Positions 19,108 to 29,279 of a stretch of DNA of 64,000 nucleotides are shown piece after piece. Each line of letters starts with the position of its first letter. Position 1 is the stretch's first letter. The DNA is from a virus. The translations under genes were made by a program, and so were the position numbers. Location: the IMG/VR virus record IMGVR_UViG_3300023179_000011, positions 1 to 64,000 of that record, one strand, 5' to 3'. The notes under the pieces are model-generated. The model saw only the letters and a program-made list of their open reading frames with translations. It did not search any database and had not been told where the DNA came from.

Positions 19108-20477
19108 TAGTCTACCTGACCTAAAGGATCCAGATCCGCTCCGACTACCTCTCCCACAGTGCTAGACGCGGCCATAAGCTCTGGCACGTCAGTCATCTGA
19201 TTCTTCTTCAATTCCTCCATCACCTGCTCACGGTACTTGCGCGCCGGGTCACAGACGGTGTAATCGTTTACGCCGAGTAAGCCGTGCAGCATACCGAGAA
19301 CCTTGGGATTGTCTTCGAGCATGATGGACGCCTCAACTTCCGACACGGCATCCTGCTTGGAAATACCGAGCGCCTTCGAAAAGACGAGCGGTGTTTCGGC
19401 GTTCTTGGTGCCGTGCTTGTACTCCAGATCACACACCTGCTTGAGCAGTCCGGGCAGCTTGGGATCCATGCCCGGAACCGGCTTACCGTCGCCAGCCTGA
19501 AGCTCCATGAGCAACCGGATAGACGCGGTGTGCCAGTCCCAGAAATGAAACTGCTGATTCTTGAACGTCTCGTTACCGTTCTTGTCAACAGCCGGCACGA
19601 TTTCGTTGTACCAGAGCAAATTAACAACGATCTTGCGCCCGGGAGCGCCGAGATTGTTCTTAGTCGCTGTGATACGAATCGAAGAGCCCTCATAGCGCGG
19701 CGGGATGTTCTTCTGCGACGCCTTCGACATGTCGAGGATCAACGTCGGGTAATAGTCGAGGCTTGCGCCGCCCGGGGCGTACTTTTTGGGCGGACCGAAC
19801 CCCATGGAGTTAATTTCCTCCTTGAGGTGGTTTGTCGCAATAAGCGCGATCGGGTAATGACGCAACGTGGGCACTAACGCCGTCCGCATAAAGTCCGAAA
19901 GGTTGCGGGCAAGATACGGATGACCAGCCGCGGCGTGACCCTCGTCGGCAACCTTCTCGACGCGCCGATCGACTTCGACAGCCGAGATAGAGTCGATGCC
20001 GATACAAATAGGAATAACCCTGTCTGGGGCGTTAGCCGCGTCAACCTGCTTGTGGATCGCCTGACAGAACTCCATGTAATGCTTCTGCCATTCTTCCACG
20101 CTCGCCGCCGTCTTGATACGGGTCCGCGAGATGTACTGCTGGTTGTGGCTGAACAAGCCCGACATCATCGTCGGCGAGCCCTTGTTCTCCGTATCGATCA
20201 TGATGGCGCCGCCGCCGTACATGTGGAACCAGCGCATAATCTCGATGAGAAGCGCCGACTTACCGGCGCTGAACTCGCCGCGAAGCTGCGTGAAGCGCGA
20301 CAGCGGGAAAATGTTAGCCTGCAGCAGATAGCGCGCTGCAAGCGTGGGAAGCGGCAAGCCGATCAGCGGATCTTGATCTTCCGCCGTCGCCTTGAGCACT
20401 TCCGTTATAACCGGATGCTCACCGTTGCGGGCGAACACATCAACTTCGTCGTGATCTTCTTTGCGTTTCCTGCCCAT
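19107..20477 (-). CDS. recA: RecA/UvsX-like recombinase
   Basis: QLRGEFSAGKS (Walker A); IMIDTEN; IGIDSISA (Walker B); LIATNHLK; PGGASLDYY; ITATKNN. Confidence 0.88.
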   Translation of the reverse strand: MGRKRKEDHDEVDVFARNGEHPVITEVLKATAEDQDPLIGLPLPTLAARYLLQANIFPLSRFTQLRGEFSAGKSALLIEIMRWFHMYGGGAIMIDTENKGSPTMMSGLFSHNQQYISRTRIKTAASVEEWQKHYMEFCQAIHKQVDAANAPDRVIPICIGIDSISAVEVDRRVEKVADEGHAAAGHPYLARNLSDFMRTALVPTLRHYPIALIATNHLKEEINSMGFGPPKKYAPGGASLDYYPTLILDMSKASQKNIPPRYEGSSIRITATKNNLGAPGRKIVVNLLWYNEIVPAVDKNGNETFKNQQFHFWDWHTASIRLLMELQAGDGKPVPGMDPKLPGLLKQVCDLEYKHGTKNAETPLVFSKALGISKQDAVSEVEASIMLEDNPKVLGMLHGLLGVNDYTVCDPARKYREQVMEELKKNQMTDVPELMAASSTVGEVVGADLDPLGQVD

Positions 20478-21809
20478 TTAATTATCTACCTCTGTATTAA
20501 AGGAGAAAGTAGTCTGAATATTGTTTACCGTATTTTGCTGCGCTGACAATACGGCCGGCGGCGTCGTCAAACTTTGCAATTCTTCAGTCGTCATGGGTTG
20601 ACGCCCACGCGACATGTTGCTCAAAGCGTTTTCCGGTACAGTAGCGCCATCACCGATTCCAATCGGACTTTTATGGCTTTTATGAAAACCCGCTTTCGGT
20701 TCAACACCTGTGGCTTCTGTGCGGCGCTTTGCGATTAAATTAGGCCCGCCGTGTTCTGCCGCCGTTTGAAGCCACGACAAATTCAACTGCGACATACGTA
20801 CAAGTTTTTCAACCCCGGCGGAATCGGCAGAATAAAAACGAGAACACCATTTGTTTTTGTTTACGCATTTATCGAGATACCACGTGACGGCCGCTTCAAA
20901 ATCTTCTAGGTGCAAATCTTTGCGGTTTTTAACGTGAATACCTGCAGCAAAAATAGCGCGAACAGCCTGCTCATCCCATTTCTTTTTTGTCTGTACTATT
21001 CCGCGCTTATAAACAATTTCTTGCACGGTAGCTGACAGCTTTTCCAAATAGTCGCAAAAATTGCGTACTTTTTGTTCCAATTCTTTTCTGGTCATATCTT
21101 TAATGGCCAAAAACGTTTTAACTTCAATTGGTGTAATGTTTGGTCTGATCGCGGCGTTAAATATCTGTGTTTCTTTTTTTCCTGCAGTTTTTCCTGTTAA
21201 CCACATGTAAAACAAACCAAGTGCGCCGCGTGCTAGTTGCCCTGCGCGTTTTCGGTTTTTAGTGTTTGTCATGTCAACAACTTTTGATTTAGAAACAGGA
21301 ATACCAGATATCCGCGACGAAATTTCTGCAACAGCTTGCCGCACAGCCGGATATAAATATTTTCCGTTATCAGTTTTTTCAATTTCCCCACGATAAAGCT
21401 CGTATGGAATTAAACCAGTGCCTTGCGAATTAAGCGCCTGAAAATCGTGCATAGCTTCGTCGTGACTACCCCACACATATTTGTGTACCGATAATTCGCT
21501 TTCCATCAGCGCATCGACGTCTGCCGGCGTTAAATCAAAATCAGCCGGATTTTTTCTGGCTAAACTCAGCGTGGTAATACGTTGTTTACCGTCCTCAAGA
21601 AAAGTCGTTGGATGTTCGTCAATTGTGTAAATTGTTACGGCGGCGGGTACGAATTTATTGCGCAAAATTTTGGCAACAAGAGCTTTTTGCCGCAAAATAT
21701 CCCACACAAATTCGCGCTGATAGTGCGGCTCGGCCAGTGTGCCGCGTTCATAGTCTTCTACGACTTCGCGCACACGGTAATTAACACAACGAACATTGTG
21801 AGAAAACAT
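20478..21809 (-). CDS. DUF262 (ParB/Srx superfamily, GmrSD N-terminal-like) protein
   Basis: PHYQREFVWD; ILRNKFVPAAVTIY; LEDGKQRITTL; F.ALNSQG..L; KY..L. Confidence 0.8.
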   Translation of the reverse strand: MFSHNVRCVNYRVREVVEDYERGTLAEPHYQREFVWDILRQKALVAKILRNKFVPAAVTIYTIDEHPTTFLEDGKQRITTLSLARKNPADFDLTPADVDALMESELSVHKYVWGSHDEAMHDFQALNSQGTGLIPYELYRGEIEKTDNGKYLYPAVRQAVAEISSRISGIPVSKSKVVDMTNTKNRKRAGQLARGALGLFYMWLTGKTAGKKETQIFNAAIRPNITPIEVKTFLAIKDMTRKELEQKVRNFCDYLEKLSATVQEIVYKRGIVQTKKKWDEQAVRAIFAAGIHVKNRKDLHLEDFEAAVTWYLDKCVNKNKWCSRFYSADSAGVEKLVRMSQLNLSWLQTAAEHGGPNLIAKRRTEATGVEPKAGFHKSHKSPIGIGDGATVPENALSNMSRGRQPMTTEELQSLTTPPAVLSAQQNTVNNIQTTFSFNTEVDN

Positions 21810-21857
21810 AAACTAATTTCCTTTCCATGAATTACGTTTAAAACGCAACAAAGTCCC

Positions 21858-21900
21858 GACCCCGGCACACACGAATTGAGTAAAACGCGGTGCCGGGGTC
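21858..21900 (-). terminator. 11-bp stem-loop downstream of SSB-like gene (terminator or processing site)
   Basis: GACCCCGGCAC...GTGCCGGGGTC inverted repeat; the U-tract is weak. Confidence 0.45.
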
Positions 21901-21912
21901 AGAGCGAAAAGA

Positions 21913-23280
21913 TTACTTCTGCGCTGCGCGAGCACGAGCCCGCGCCAGAATGTCAGCAGAATCGCGCTTTCCCGGACCAGCCGACGCCGTTGACGGCGGC
22001 GCTGCCGGCGGAGGAGGCGCCGAGGCAAAGATATCAGCAACGCTGGCATCTACCTCCGGCGAAACTTCAGCCTCCGGCTGCGGGTCCCACGGAGCCACAG
22101 GATCCGGCTGCGGAGCCGGCTTACGCGCGGCGGCTGCGCGGGGAGCCGGGGCTGGAGGGGCTTCCAGATCCTCTACAGCCGTCTCTACGCCCTGAAACGT
22201 CGCAGTACCCTTCGGCAGCGCCCGGAGGTACTGCGGGAAGTCACGCCAAGCGAAATCAAGCGCTTCACGTGGAAACACAGGAGCCAGCATTTCAGCCTGC
22301 TCCTCGTAGGACGGCAGGCGCAGGAAGTCTTCCCACGTGCCCGCCTCCGCGACGATGCGATCAGCGTACGGCTCCAGCGAAATCTCCTGACCGTTAAACG
22401 TGTCATGAAGAATACCGAAGTGCGTGTAGTCACTTCGCGAGTGCGGGTATCCGACAATGTACTTTGCATTTGCCGAACCACGCGCAAACTTCGGGCACTG
22501 GAACGTCGTCGGACCCTCTAGACCTGTCGCGATCAAATTAGCGCCGCCGCTCTTGAACGCTTCGGGTAAAATTGTAAACAACTTTGCCGGGCCCAAAGAC
22601 AGCATGTCGCCGCTCAGGTACTCGCCGGTACTTTCGTCGCGGACGTTGAGCGCCGCGTGCAGAGCTTCAGCCGCGCTGGTCTTCAGGCCGATGATACGAG
22701 CGTTGCGCTTGTTATCATCAGAGAAAGCGCCCAACACAATCTTGCCGTGCTCGTCGACAAACACGGACGTCGCCGAAATAAACAACGTCTTTTCAGGTTT
22801 CTTGAGCGATCCGATGTGGGAGTTGCGAACAAACTCCTTCGACAGCAGCTCGGCAAACAAGCGCCCCAGCGTCGGGTGCGGGTTGTCCTTCGAGCTGTCG
22901 TACGCGACTTTGCGCAGAACGTGTAGCGGGCTCTCGTACAGATTCACGTCGGGATTACCGTCGTGAACGATGAAACAGATACCCGGGTTGCCAACCCAGT
23001 GCGCGCAGGTCAGCAACCGGCTCCAGTCGCCCATAGCAACGTTGTCATGCCCCTCGCGGAAGCTGGCAAACGTTTCACCGTTTTTGCCCTCCTCGTAAAT
23101 GGGGAGCAGCCGAAGGCACAGGCCGTTTCCGAGGAGTTCACCGCCTGCCGCAATCAGAATGTTGTTCTGCTTGCCGTAGGCATAACGACTCTTGCTGTTA
23201 GAGCCGCCAGTACCGATGTTGTTGGCTTTACGGTACTCGGGATCAATCGCCGCAAAATTAGCCGCGTTATAGCGTGGCAT
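21913..23280 (-). CDS. putative single-stranded DNA-binding/recombination protein
   Basis: Lies between PolA and RecA; LRLLP strand near the N-terminus (as in gp32-type SSBs); Pro/Ala/acidic low-complexity tail. Confidence 0.45.
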   Translation of the reverse strand: MPRYNAANFAAIDPEYRKANNIGTGGSNSKSRYAYGKQNNILIAAGGELLGNGLCLRLLPIYEEGKNGETFASFREGHDNVAMGDWSRLLTCAHWVGNPGICFIVHDGNPDVNLYESPLHVLRKVAYDSSKDNPHPTLGRLFAELLSKEFVRNSHIGSLKKPEKTLFISATSVFVDEHGKIVLGAFSDDNKRNARIIGLKTSAAEALHAALNVRDESTGEYLSGDMLSLGPAKLFTILPEAFKSGGANLIATGLEGPTTFQCPKFARGSANAKYIVGYPHSRSDYTHFGILHDTFNGQEISLEPYADRIVAEAGTWEDFLRLPSYEEQAEMLAPVFPREALDFAWRDFPQYLRALPKGTATFQGVETAVEDLEAPPAPAPRAAAARKPAPQPDPVAPWDPQPEAEVSPEVDASVADIFASAPPPPAAPPSTASAGPGKRDSADILARARARAAQK

Positions 23281-23363
23281 AAAAACCTTTCTATGTAATT
23301 GAGGGCCCTATTGCCCTTTGTGGATGTCTGCAACTATAGCAGACAAAACCATTCTGTCTAGAC

Positions 23364-26300
23364 CTACTCGTCACAAAACCAATCGACACCCAAACCCCTA
23401 GCTTTCTCGGGTTTTAGGTTTTCTCCCCAGTGGAAAAATACGTCACGACTCATGCCGAAGTGGTACGGCTCAGCTACTTCGATTTTGGTGCCGTCTAACC
23501 TGTGCGGCCAAAACGGAACACCGTCAATCATGCACGCCGGAATAACTTCTTTATACAGACGTTCAGCGTGCTCTAGCGGAGCGATTAACACAATTGCATC
23601 ATGGATCTGCAGCGCAATTTTGTAATCAATATCCGCATGCTCTTCGCGATACTTGTAGAAGTTATAAAGCGCGATTGACACGGCATCAGCAACTCCGCCC
23701 TGAATCGGAAAGTTCTGGGCTTGCCGTTCTTGCTCGCCGCGTACAGCCCTGTCTTTCGTTGGCATAAACCGACGAAAGCGGCCATACGGCCCGACCAGCC
23801 AACCCGGATCCTGCGAACGCGACCGGCACTCCGCAAGAAACGTTTTAGTTCCGGGGTACGACTGGAAGTACGCGTCGATCATCGCTTGGCACTGATCGGC
23901 TGTGACGTCGTGGCCTTCCTCTTTGCACTGTCTCGCGAGGGCTTCTGAGCCGCGGCCGTACGGAATACCGAAATTCACGTTTTTGGCTGCGACACGCAAA
24001 CCTTTTACACCAGCGTCTGCCATACCTTGTTTTGTAGGCGTGACGCCGCTGAGTCGAAATGTCTTGACCGCCTGCTGGCTGTGAATGTCGTAGTGGTCCG
24101 GGTGATCCTCTGGAAGAAGATTACGCCGGACGTGCTCGATCATATTTTTATCTTGACTCAGCCACGCGAGGACCGCCAGTTCCGCACCAGTGAGGTCCGT
24201 TTCGATCCCGACGCAACCCTTGGGTACACGCAAGATTGAACGGACGGGATGCTGGTACTTGTCTTTTCCGAGGATGCGCTTGTAGTCGTCTTCCCGGCGC
24301 GAACTGAGGTTTTGGAGCGGAGGACGAGACGAAGATGCCCGGCCGGTTTCCTTCGTTTGAAACATGTGCGTACGAACTTTACCGTCGGAGTGAACACAGC
24401 CGACAAGACCTTTTTCGTACGTGTAATTACCGTTTTCATCGAGTTCGTATTCTCCGTCTTCTGTTTCCGAGGGTTTACGCAATACAGACTGCAGCACCTG
24501 ACTAATAAACTTATAGTCACGAATTTTAGCCGCGGTCGAATTGATGTGCCCTAGGATACCCAGACTTTCTTTATCGGTACTGGGTGTCGCAGTGTCGGCA
24601 TTAACGCCACGATACGATAACTCGTTCCACAGTACAGGGCGCTTACCAGTAGTTTTGACCGGACGCAAATCAAGCGTTTGCGCGTCGTCTGGAATGGGCG
24701 GCGCGTTTGTATAGCGATCAGCAAAGTCACGACCAAACAATGCGACGGCCAACTGGGGCTGCGATTTTGGATTGAACGCCGGCCAGTTAAGTTCCGCGCG
24801 AATTTCTGCTAACAGTTGTTCTTGAGTATTCATGAACAGCGTCGTCAGTTCGTCGGCGCGGTTGCGGTCTATTTCGAGCCCTGTCATCTCCATTTCAAGA
24901 AACGCCAGAGATGCGTTATGCGCGGTCCAGTACGGCAACCAGCAGTCGTGCCCTGTGCTTGAGCGTGCAATGATGCCGTCTTTACCGTTCGTGCCGTAAA
25001 ACCGCATCATGATGCGTCGAGTGACGTCAACGTCGTATGACGCGTACGGGTGCAGAATGTGCGCAGGGCATTCGCCGTACCCGCCGACTTCGCTCGCTTT
25101 CAATTTGTTATCAGTACGGTATTTTTTCTTCCAGTGATCAAGCGGCTCCCAGTACGTCGGGGCCGCAGTAAATCGCATGGAACACTCGTCAAGGCCGTAG
25201 CGCGCGCACTCGTTGACGGCGTGATACATGAGACTCGTGTCCCATCCGCCGCGTGTTCGATCGTCGGGATCTTCGGCGGGAGCGTATTCCGCCCGCACAT
25301 CCACGCCAAAATCAAAAAGCCACGGCAAGTCAGCGCGGAAAAAGTGGCCGCCCACGCGAACGTGCCGATCCGGCGTGCTTTTAAGCAGCCGCGTTAGCAA
25401 ACGACGCGCCGCGTCCAAATTCGGTTGAAACGCTTCTGCGCCGCCCTGATGCCGCAGAACGATAGTGCGAGCCCACTTGTCTTTATTTGATATCTGAACA
25501 GTGCGCAGATACGCGCCCTCTTCTGTCGGATAGTCGCCGTGCCATTCACAGTCGATAGCGATGATATTGGAGTTAGGGTCGGGATCAGCGATCATGGCAT
25601 CAACAATCTCAGCCAACGCTTCTTCGGTGTAAACGTCGGCATGATCGACGGCTTCCTCGTCTAAAATCTCGTCGTGAATTAGCGCCTTGAATCGCCTAAT
25701 TTGTCCAACGAAATCTTCTGTCGCCTCTGGCTTGCGCACAACGAAAGCCGGGTGCATAACCGACATGGCTTTCATTGTGCGTGACGCGCCGGCAGAGTCG
25801 GGCGCCGATACATCCAAGATACGCCCGGCTAAACCTGTGACAGCGCCTGTTGTGCGCATCACCGCTTTTGTCGCCTCGTTGCCGAGACACAAAATAAACT
25901 CTGGCTGCACGATACGCAGTTCCTGTTCGAGAAGAATTGCGCAGTTCTTGATCCACGCCGCCGGCACAGCTGTGATCTCCATCGGCGGAGCAAACTTGCA
26001 GGCAAACGTGACGTACCAGTCTTCGTACATCTCGGGACTGATGCCGCAATCCTCAAAGATATCGGCCAGCGCGAGCATCGCCGGCCCGGCGGTCGCGTTG
26101 AGGCTTTCCATTTCGTAGTAGCCGGGGAGCTTGCCAACTACCATCACCTTCGCTTTGCGCCAAGGACCGTAAGTCTCTACTGCGGCGCCGCGTTTCCCCC
26201 AACGATGCCCGGGAAGAAACGGTACCGGAATAAGTTCTTTAGACGACTTGTGCGAAATCGGTAGATGAAAGTCTGGACGATAAAGCGCGTTCCGATACAG

Positions 26301-26525
26301 GTTGGTCAGATGCGTACCAACCGGAACGTTTTTCTTTTTCTTTGCGGCCGTCTCGTCAATTTCGTCGCCGAGCGCTACGGCATGCGCAATAAAATCTGGC
26401 CCTGCGGGCGGCATACCCGGTTCCGTAAGCGGAATGAACGGGTATGCCGCTGCAGTAAAATCTTCCGTATTCGGGTCATACAGCGTCTGCGTGAGACGAT
26501 GCGTGAGCGAAATACCCTGTGTCAT
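23364..26525 (-). CDS. polA: family A DNA polymerase with N-terminal uracil-DNA-glycosylase-like domain
   Basis: UDG-like: VVGKLPG, QELRIVQPEFILCLG, HPAF. 3'-5' exonuclease: AIDCE, HFFRAD, YASYDVD. Polymerase: TGRASSSRPPLQN, ETDLTGAE (motif A), RVAAKNVNFGIPYG (motif B), LQIHDAIV (motif C). Confidence 0.95.
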   Translation of the reverse strand: MTQGISLTHRLTQTLYDPNTEDFTAAAYPFIPLTEPGMPPAGPDFIAHAVALGDEIDETAAKKKKNVPVGTHLTNLYRNALYRPDFHLPISHKSSKELIPVPFLPGHRWGKRGAAVETYGPWRKAKVMVVGKLPGYYEMESLNATAGPAMLALADIFEDCGISPEMYEDWYVTFACKFAPPMEITAVPAAWIKNCAILLEQELRIVQPEFILCLGNEATKAVMRTTGAVTGLAGRILDVSAPDSAGASRTMKAMSVMHPAFVVRKPEATEDFVGQIRRFKALIHDEILDEEAVDHADVYTEEALAEIVDAMIADPDPNSNIIAIDCEWHGDYPTEEGAYLRTVQISNKDKWARTIVLRHQGGAEAFQPNLDAARRLLTRLLKSTPDRHVRVGGHFFRADLPWLFDFGVDVRAEYAPAEDPDDRTRGGWDTSLMYHAVNECARYGLDECSMRFTAAPTYWEPLDHWKKKYRTDNKLKASEVGGYGECPAHILHPYASYDVDVTRRIMMRFYGTNGKDGIIARSSTGHDCWLPYWTAHNASLAFLEMEMTGLEIDRNRADELTTLFMNTQEQLLAEIRAELNWPAFNPKSQPQLAVALFGRDFADRYTNAPPIPDDAQTLDLRPVKTTGKRPVLWNELSYRGVNADTATPSTDKESLGILGHINSTAAKIRDYKFISQVLQSVLRKPSETEDGEYELDENGNYTYEKGLVGCVHSDGKVRTHMFQTKETGRASSSRPPLQNLSSRREDDYKRILGKDKYQHPVRSILRVPKGCVGIETDLTGAELAVLAWLSQDKNMIEHVRRNLLPEDHPDHYDIHSQQAVKTFRLSGVTPTKQGMADAGVKGLRVAAKNVNFGIPYGRGSEALARQCKEEGHDVTADQCQAMIDAYFQSYPGTKTFLAECRSRSQDPGWLVGPYGRFRRFMPTKDRAVRGEQERQAQNFPIQGGVADAVSIALYNFYKYREEHADIDYKIALQIHDAIVLIAPLEHAERLYKEVIPACMIDGVPFWPHRLDGTKIEVAEPYHFGMSRDVFFHWGENLKPEKARGLGVDWFCDE

Positions 26526-26531
26526 AACGCC

Positions 26532-27617
26532 TCATAACAAAAATGAAAGATCTGCCGTAACATCAACAGCGTCAGCGGCAGATGACAACATCTCAAACAA
26601 TTCCGCGCGCGAATAGTCAGCCGGATCACGATCGTCCGGGAGAATAACCGGAACGACGTTAACGTTTCTTTGGCAAAGCGCCGCCACAACATGCTCAAGC
26701 TCGGTCTGCGCGTCGTGATCAAGAACGACAAACACAGGCTTGTTTGCCCATGTCGTCGCGATCGTGTTGCACTGCCACGCAGATAACGTCTTACCAAAAA
26801 TGCAGACGCCTGCAACTCCCAAGCGCCACACGCTCGGTACGCCCTCGACAACAACGGCAACAGGTTGTTCGGCCGCATTATCGTAGTTGTAAAGGACCTG
26901 ACTCTTGCGCATGCCGTTGTAGTATTTGACGGTGTTTTTGCCCTCTCCAACTACACGACCCTGCCAGCCAACCAGCTGGCCGTGAAAATGCACAGGAATG
27001 TAAATTCGCCCGTGCATGATCCGGTGCTTATCTAGCCGCGGCTTTACACACACGCCGATTTTGAACATGTCGGCAAGTTCACGAATATTTGTAAATCCGC
27101 GAGACGCCAAATATTCGACAGCCGGATGATACTCAGGCAGCGAATCAATCGGTAGAATCTCGCCGGGTGGTTCAATCGTTTCGTGTGCGGTGTCGAGCGG
27201 CACTGACCGAATCGGCGTCCGCATAAGGATCCGCCGGCCTGCGCCAAAAACCATATCTTCAAACTGCTCTAGCCGGCCGGGCTTATCAAGACAGTTTTCG
27301 TTGTAGCACACGACGAGATGCGTGTTTGCCCGACGACCGTTGCGAATGTCTGCTCCGTACCGGTGATTTACCCACAGACGATTTCGCTGATCACGACAAA
27401 ACGGACAACACACGCAGTAATACTCACCCCAACTGCCACGATAAGTAGACTTGCCGCGGCGAAGGGGATCATCAAATTGTTCGACCTGCGCGGGCACACC
27501 TTCGTTTGCGATATTCACTTCGCCGAATTTGTGCGCGAGCAGGCCATACAGTACGGGATTCAGGGGATTTGAACTTGGCGCTTTTGAAACCGCCATTTTC
27601 ATACTGACTCCTCTCAC
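26532..27617 (-). CDS. dnaG: DnaG-type DNA primase
   Basis: Zn finger CPFCRD...CYNENC; GRIYIP...GWQGR; LYNYD; VVVEG; VLDHD; DPAD. The start may be the downstream MAVSK. Confidence 0.9.
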   Translation of the reverse strand: MRGVSMKMAVSKAPSSNPLNPVLYGLLAHKFGEVNIANEGVPAQVEQFDDPLRRGKSTYRGSWGEYYCVCCPFCRDQRNRLWVNHRYGADIRNGRRANTHLVVCYNENCLDKPGRLEQFEDMVFGAGRRILMRTPIRSVPLDTAHETIEPPGEILPIDSLPEYHPAVEYLASRGFTNIRELADMFKIGVCVKPRLDKHRIMHGRIYIPVHFHGQLVGWQGRVVGEGKNTVKYYNGMRKSQVLYNYDNAAEQPVAVVVEGVPSVWRLGVAGVCIFGKTLSAWQCNTIATTWANKPVFVVLDHDAQTELEHVVAALCQRNVNVVPVILPDDRDPADYSRAELFEMLSSAADAVDVTADLSFLL

Positions 27618-29275
27618 GACATCATGTCTTCAGCAAATGTGTCTACCGGCATAATCCGCCGGGGTGTGGAGCGCGGACGCGTGAGCGCCTGCGCTTCTTC
27701 TGGCGTAACGGGAGCAATGTCACCACGCTGGATGATTCGCTTAGCGGCTTCAGATGCAGTGTACTCGTCATTCACAAGACGAATCTCCGCGACTCTGTCG
27801 TCGATTTTAATTAGCCCCTTGAGATTATCCGCCCGAAGATACCGCAACTTAGACCAATAAATCGTCGATACATGGCACGACTCGTCTCGCGCGTTGACGC
27901 AGAGACACGCGTGAAGGTTCTCCGCGAATGACTTTGAACCGGATGCGTCGGCGTGCGAAACGTACCGATATGACGGAATGTTCTTGACCTCACCTTGCGC
28001 AAGCTGATGCGCCAGCATGATCACCGCACCTGTAGGCACAGCAATCCGTGCACGCAACTGATCAACAGCGTTTTTGATCGGCCGCGCCAACGACTCTGCG
28101 TACTTTGTCTTGGCGTTTGCGTTCATTTCACGCTCCACCATGACACCGCAGTAATCAATGGCAACAAAACCAATTTCCATTCCACGCTCGCGCGCTAACT
28201 GCTCAAGCGCGATAACAATCTCCGCTACGCCGCCCGCGCCGCGGTTGCCGGTCTTTTCGTTTTGCGAAAAGTCCAGATACATAAAGTTATTATTGAACCA
28301 CGAACTGGCCGCGACCCAGCGTTCACGCTCGCCAAACATTACTTCGCCGTTTCTGTTTACAGGCAACTCTCGATCGTAGTCTTTGAGGTTTTCAGCTGTA
28401 GACAGTTCCGACCAGAAGTCGCGACCGACGGCGAATAACGAACGGTCAATCTGCGCCGCGGCAGACCAAAACGTCGGATTCATTTTTTCGGCCGGATCTT
28501 CGTAGCCGATAAACACGGACAGCTTGTTGGGCGAGTGTGCGGCGTACTGTTGCGCCATACGCACAGCCGTAACTGCCAGAAGTGTTGTCTTACCGCCGCC
28601 ATACGGCCCTAAGACGCCAATAATGTCACCTTGCCGAAAGCCCTGCAGATACTCATCAATAAACGGAAGCGTCGTGGGCACAGCAACTGGCGGGAGCGCA
28701 ATGGGCTGCCCGATTTCAGGCATCATGGCCGCATTCTCGAAGCTCTTGCCAAGAGCGTCGACCGATTGCGCTTTCCTTGTCCACTGCGCTAACTGCGCCT
28801 CTAAATTATCTGGCGCGCCGCCAAACGTATTCAATACCGCTTGCGCCTCGCCTTTGATCATCCGCTCCCGAATAAATCGCCGAACAATATCCTCGATGTA
28901 TGACTTTTCAGCGCGGGCTTCGACTTCCGCGAGCGGCGCAACACTGAAGCACTCGTCGACAAATCGCACCAGCGCGTCAACGGCATCGTTGCTTAGTGCG
29001 ATCGCCGCTGTCCCTGCAACAGCGTTATCACGCCACGCGAGCAGTCGGGTGGTGAGCATGTCGGCAGTAAGTGCACCAAACTGCTCACTAAGTTCTTTCA
29101 TTGCCGCGAACAGGTAATAAAACGGCAGCTCGTCGATCGATTGTCCAAAATGACCGTGTGAAAGCCCGACACGCAACGAGTCACGCAGCAGCGCCGGATA
29201 CCGCAAAAGACCAGAAATCATTGTGCCGATCTCTGGCGCGGTTACCGCGTCAACTGTTTTTGGCTTTTCATCCAT
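27614..29275 (-). CDS. dnaB: DnaB-like replicative helicase
   Basis: GDIIGVLGPYGGGKTT; IGYEDP; VAIDY; MLAHQL; KLRY. Start placed at MDEKPK. Confidence 0.88.
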   Translation of the reverse strand: MDEKPKTVDAVTAPEIGTMISGLLRYPALLRDSLRVGLSHGHFGQSIDELPFYYLFAAMKELSEQFGALTADMLTTRLLAWRDNAVAGTAAIALSNDAVDALVRFVDECFSVAPLAEVEARAEKSYIEDIVRRFIRERMIKGEAQAVLNTFGGAPDNLEAQLAQWTRKAQSVDALGKSFENAAMMPEIGQPIALPPVAVPTTLPFIDEYLQGFRQGDIIGVLGPYGGGKTTLLAVTAVRMAQQYAAHSPNKLSVFIGYEDPAEKMNPTFWSAAAQIDRSLFAVGRDFWSELSTAENLKDYDRELPVNRNGEVMFGERERWVAASSWFNNNFMYLDFSQNEKTGNRGAGGVAEIVIALEQLARERGMEIGFVAIDYCGVMVEREMNANAKTKYAESLARPIKNAVDQLRARIAVPTGAVIMLAHQLAQGEVKNIPSYRYVSHADASGSKSFAENLHACLCVNARDESCHVSTIYWSKLRYLRADNLKGLIKIDDRVAEIRLVNDEYTASEAAKRIIQRGDIAPVTPEEAQALTRPRSTPRRIMPVDTFAEDMMS

Positions 29276-29279
29276 GAAT

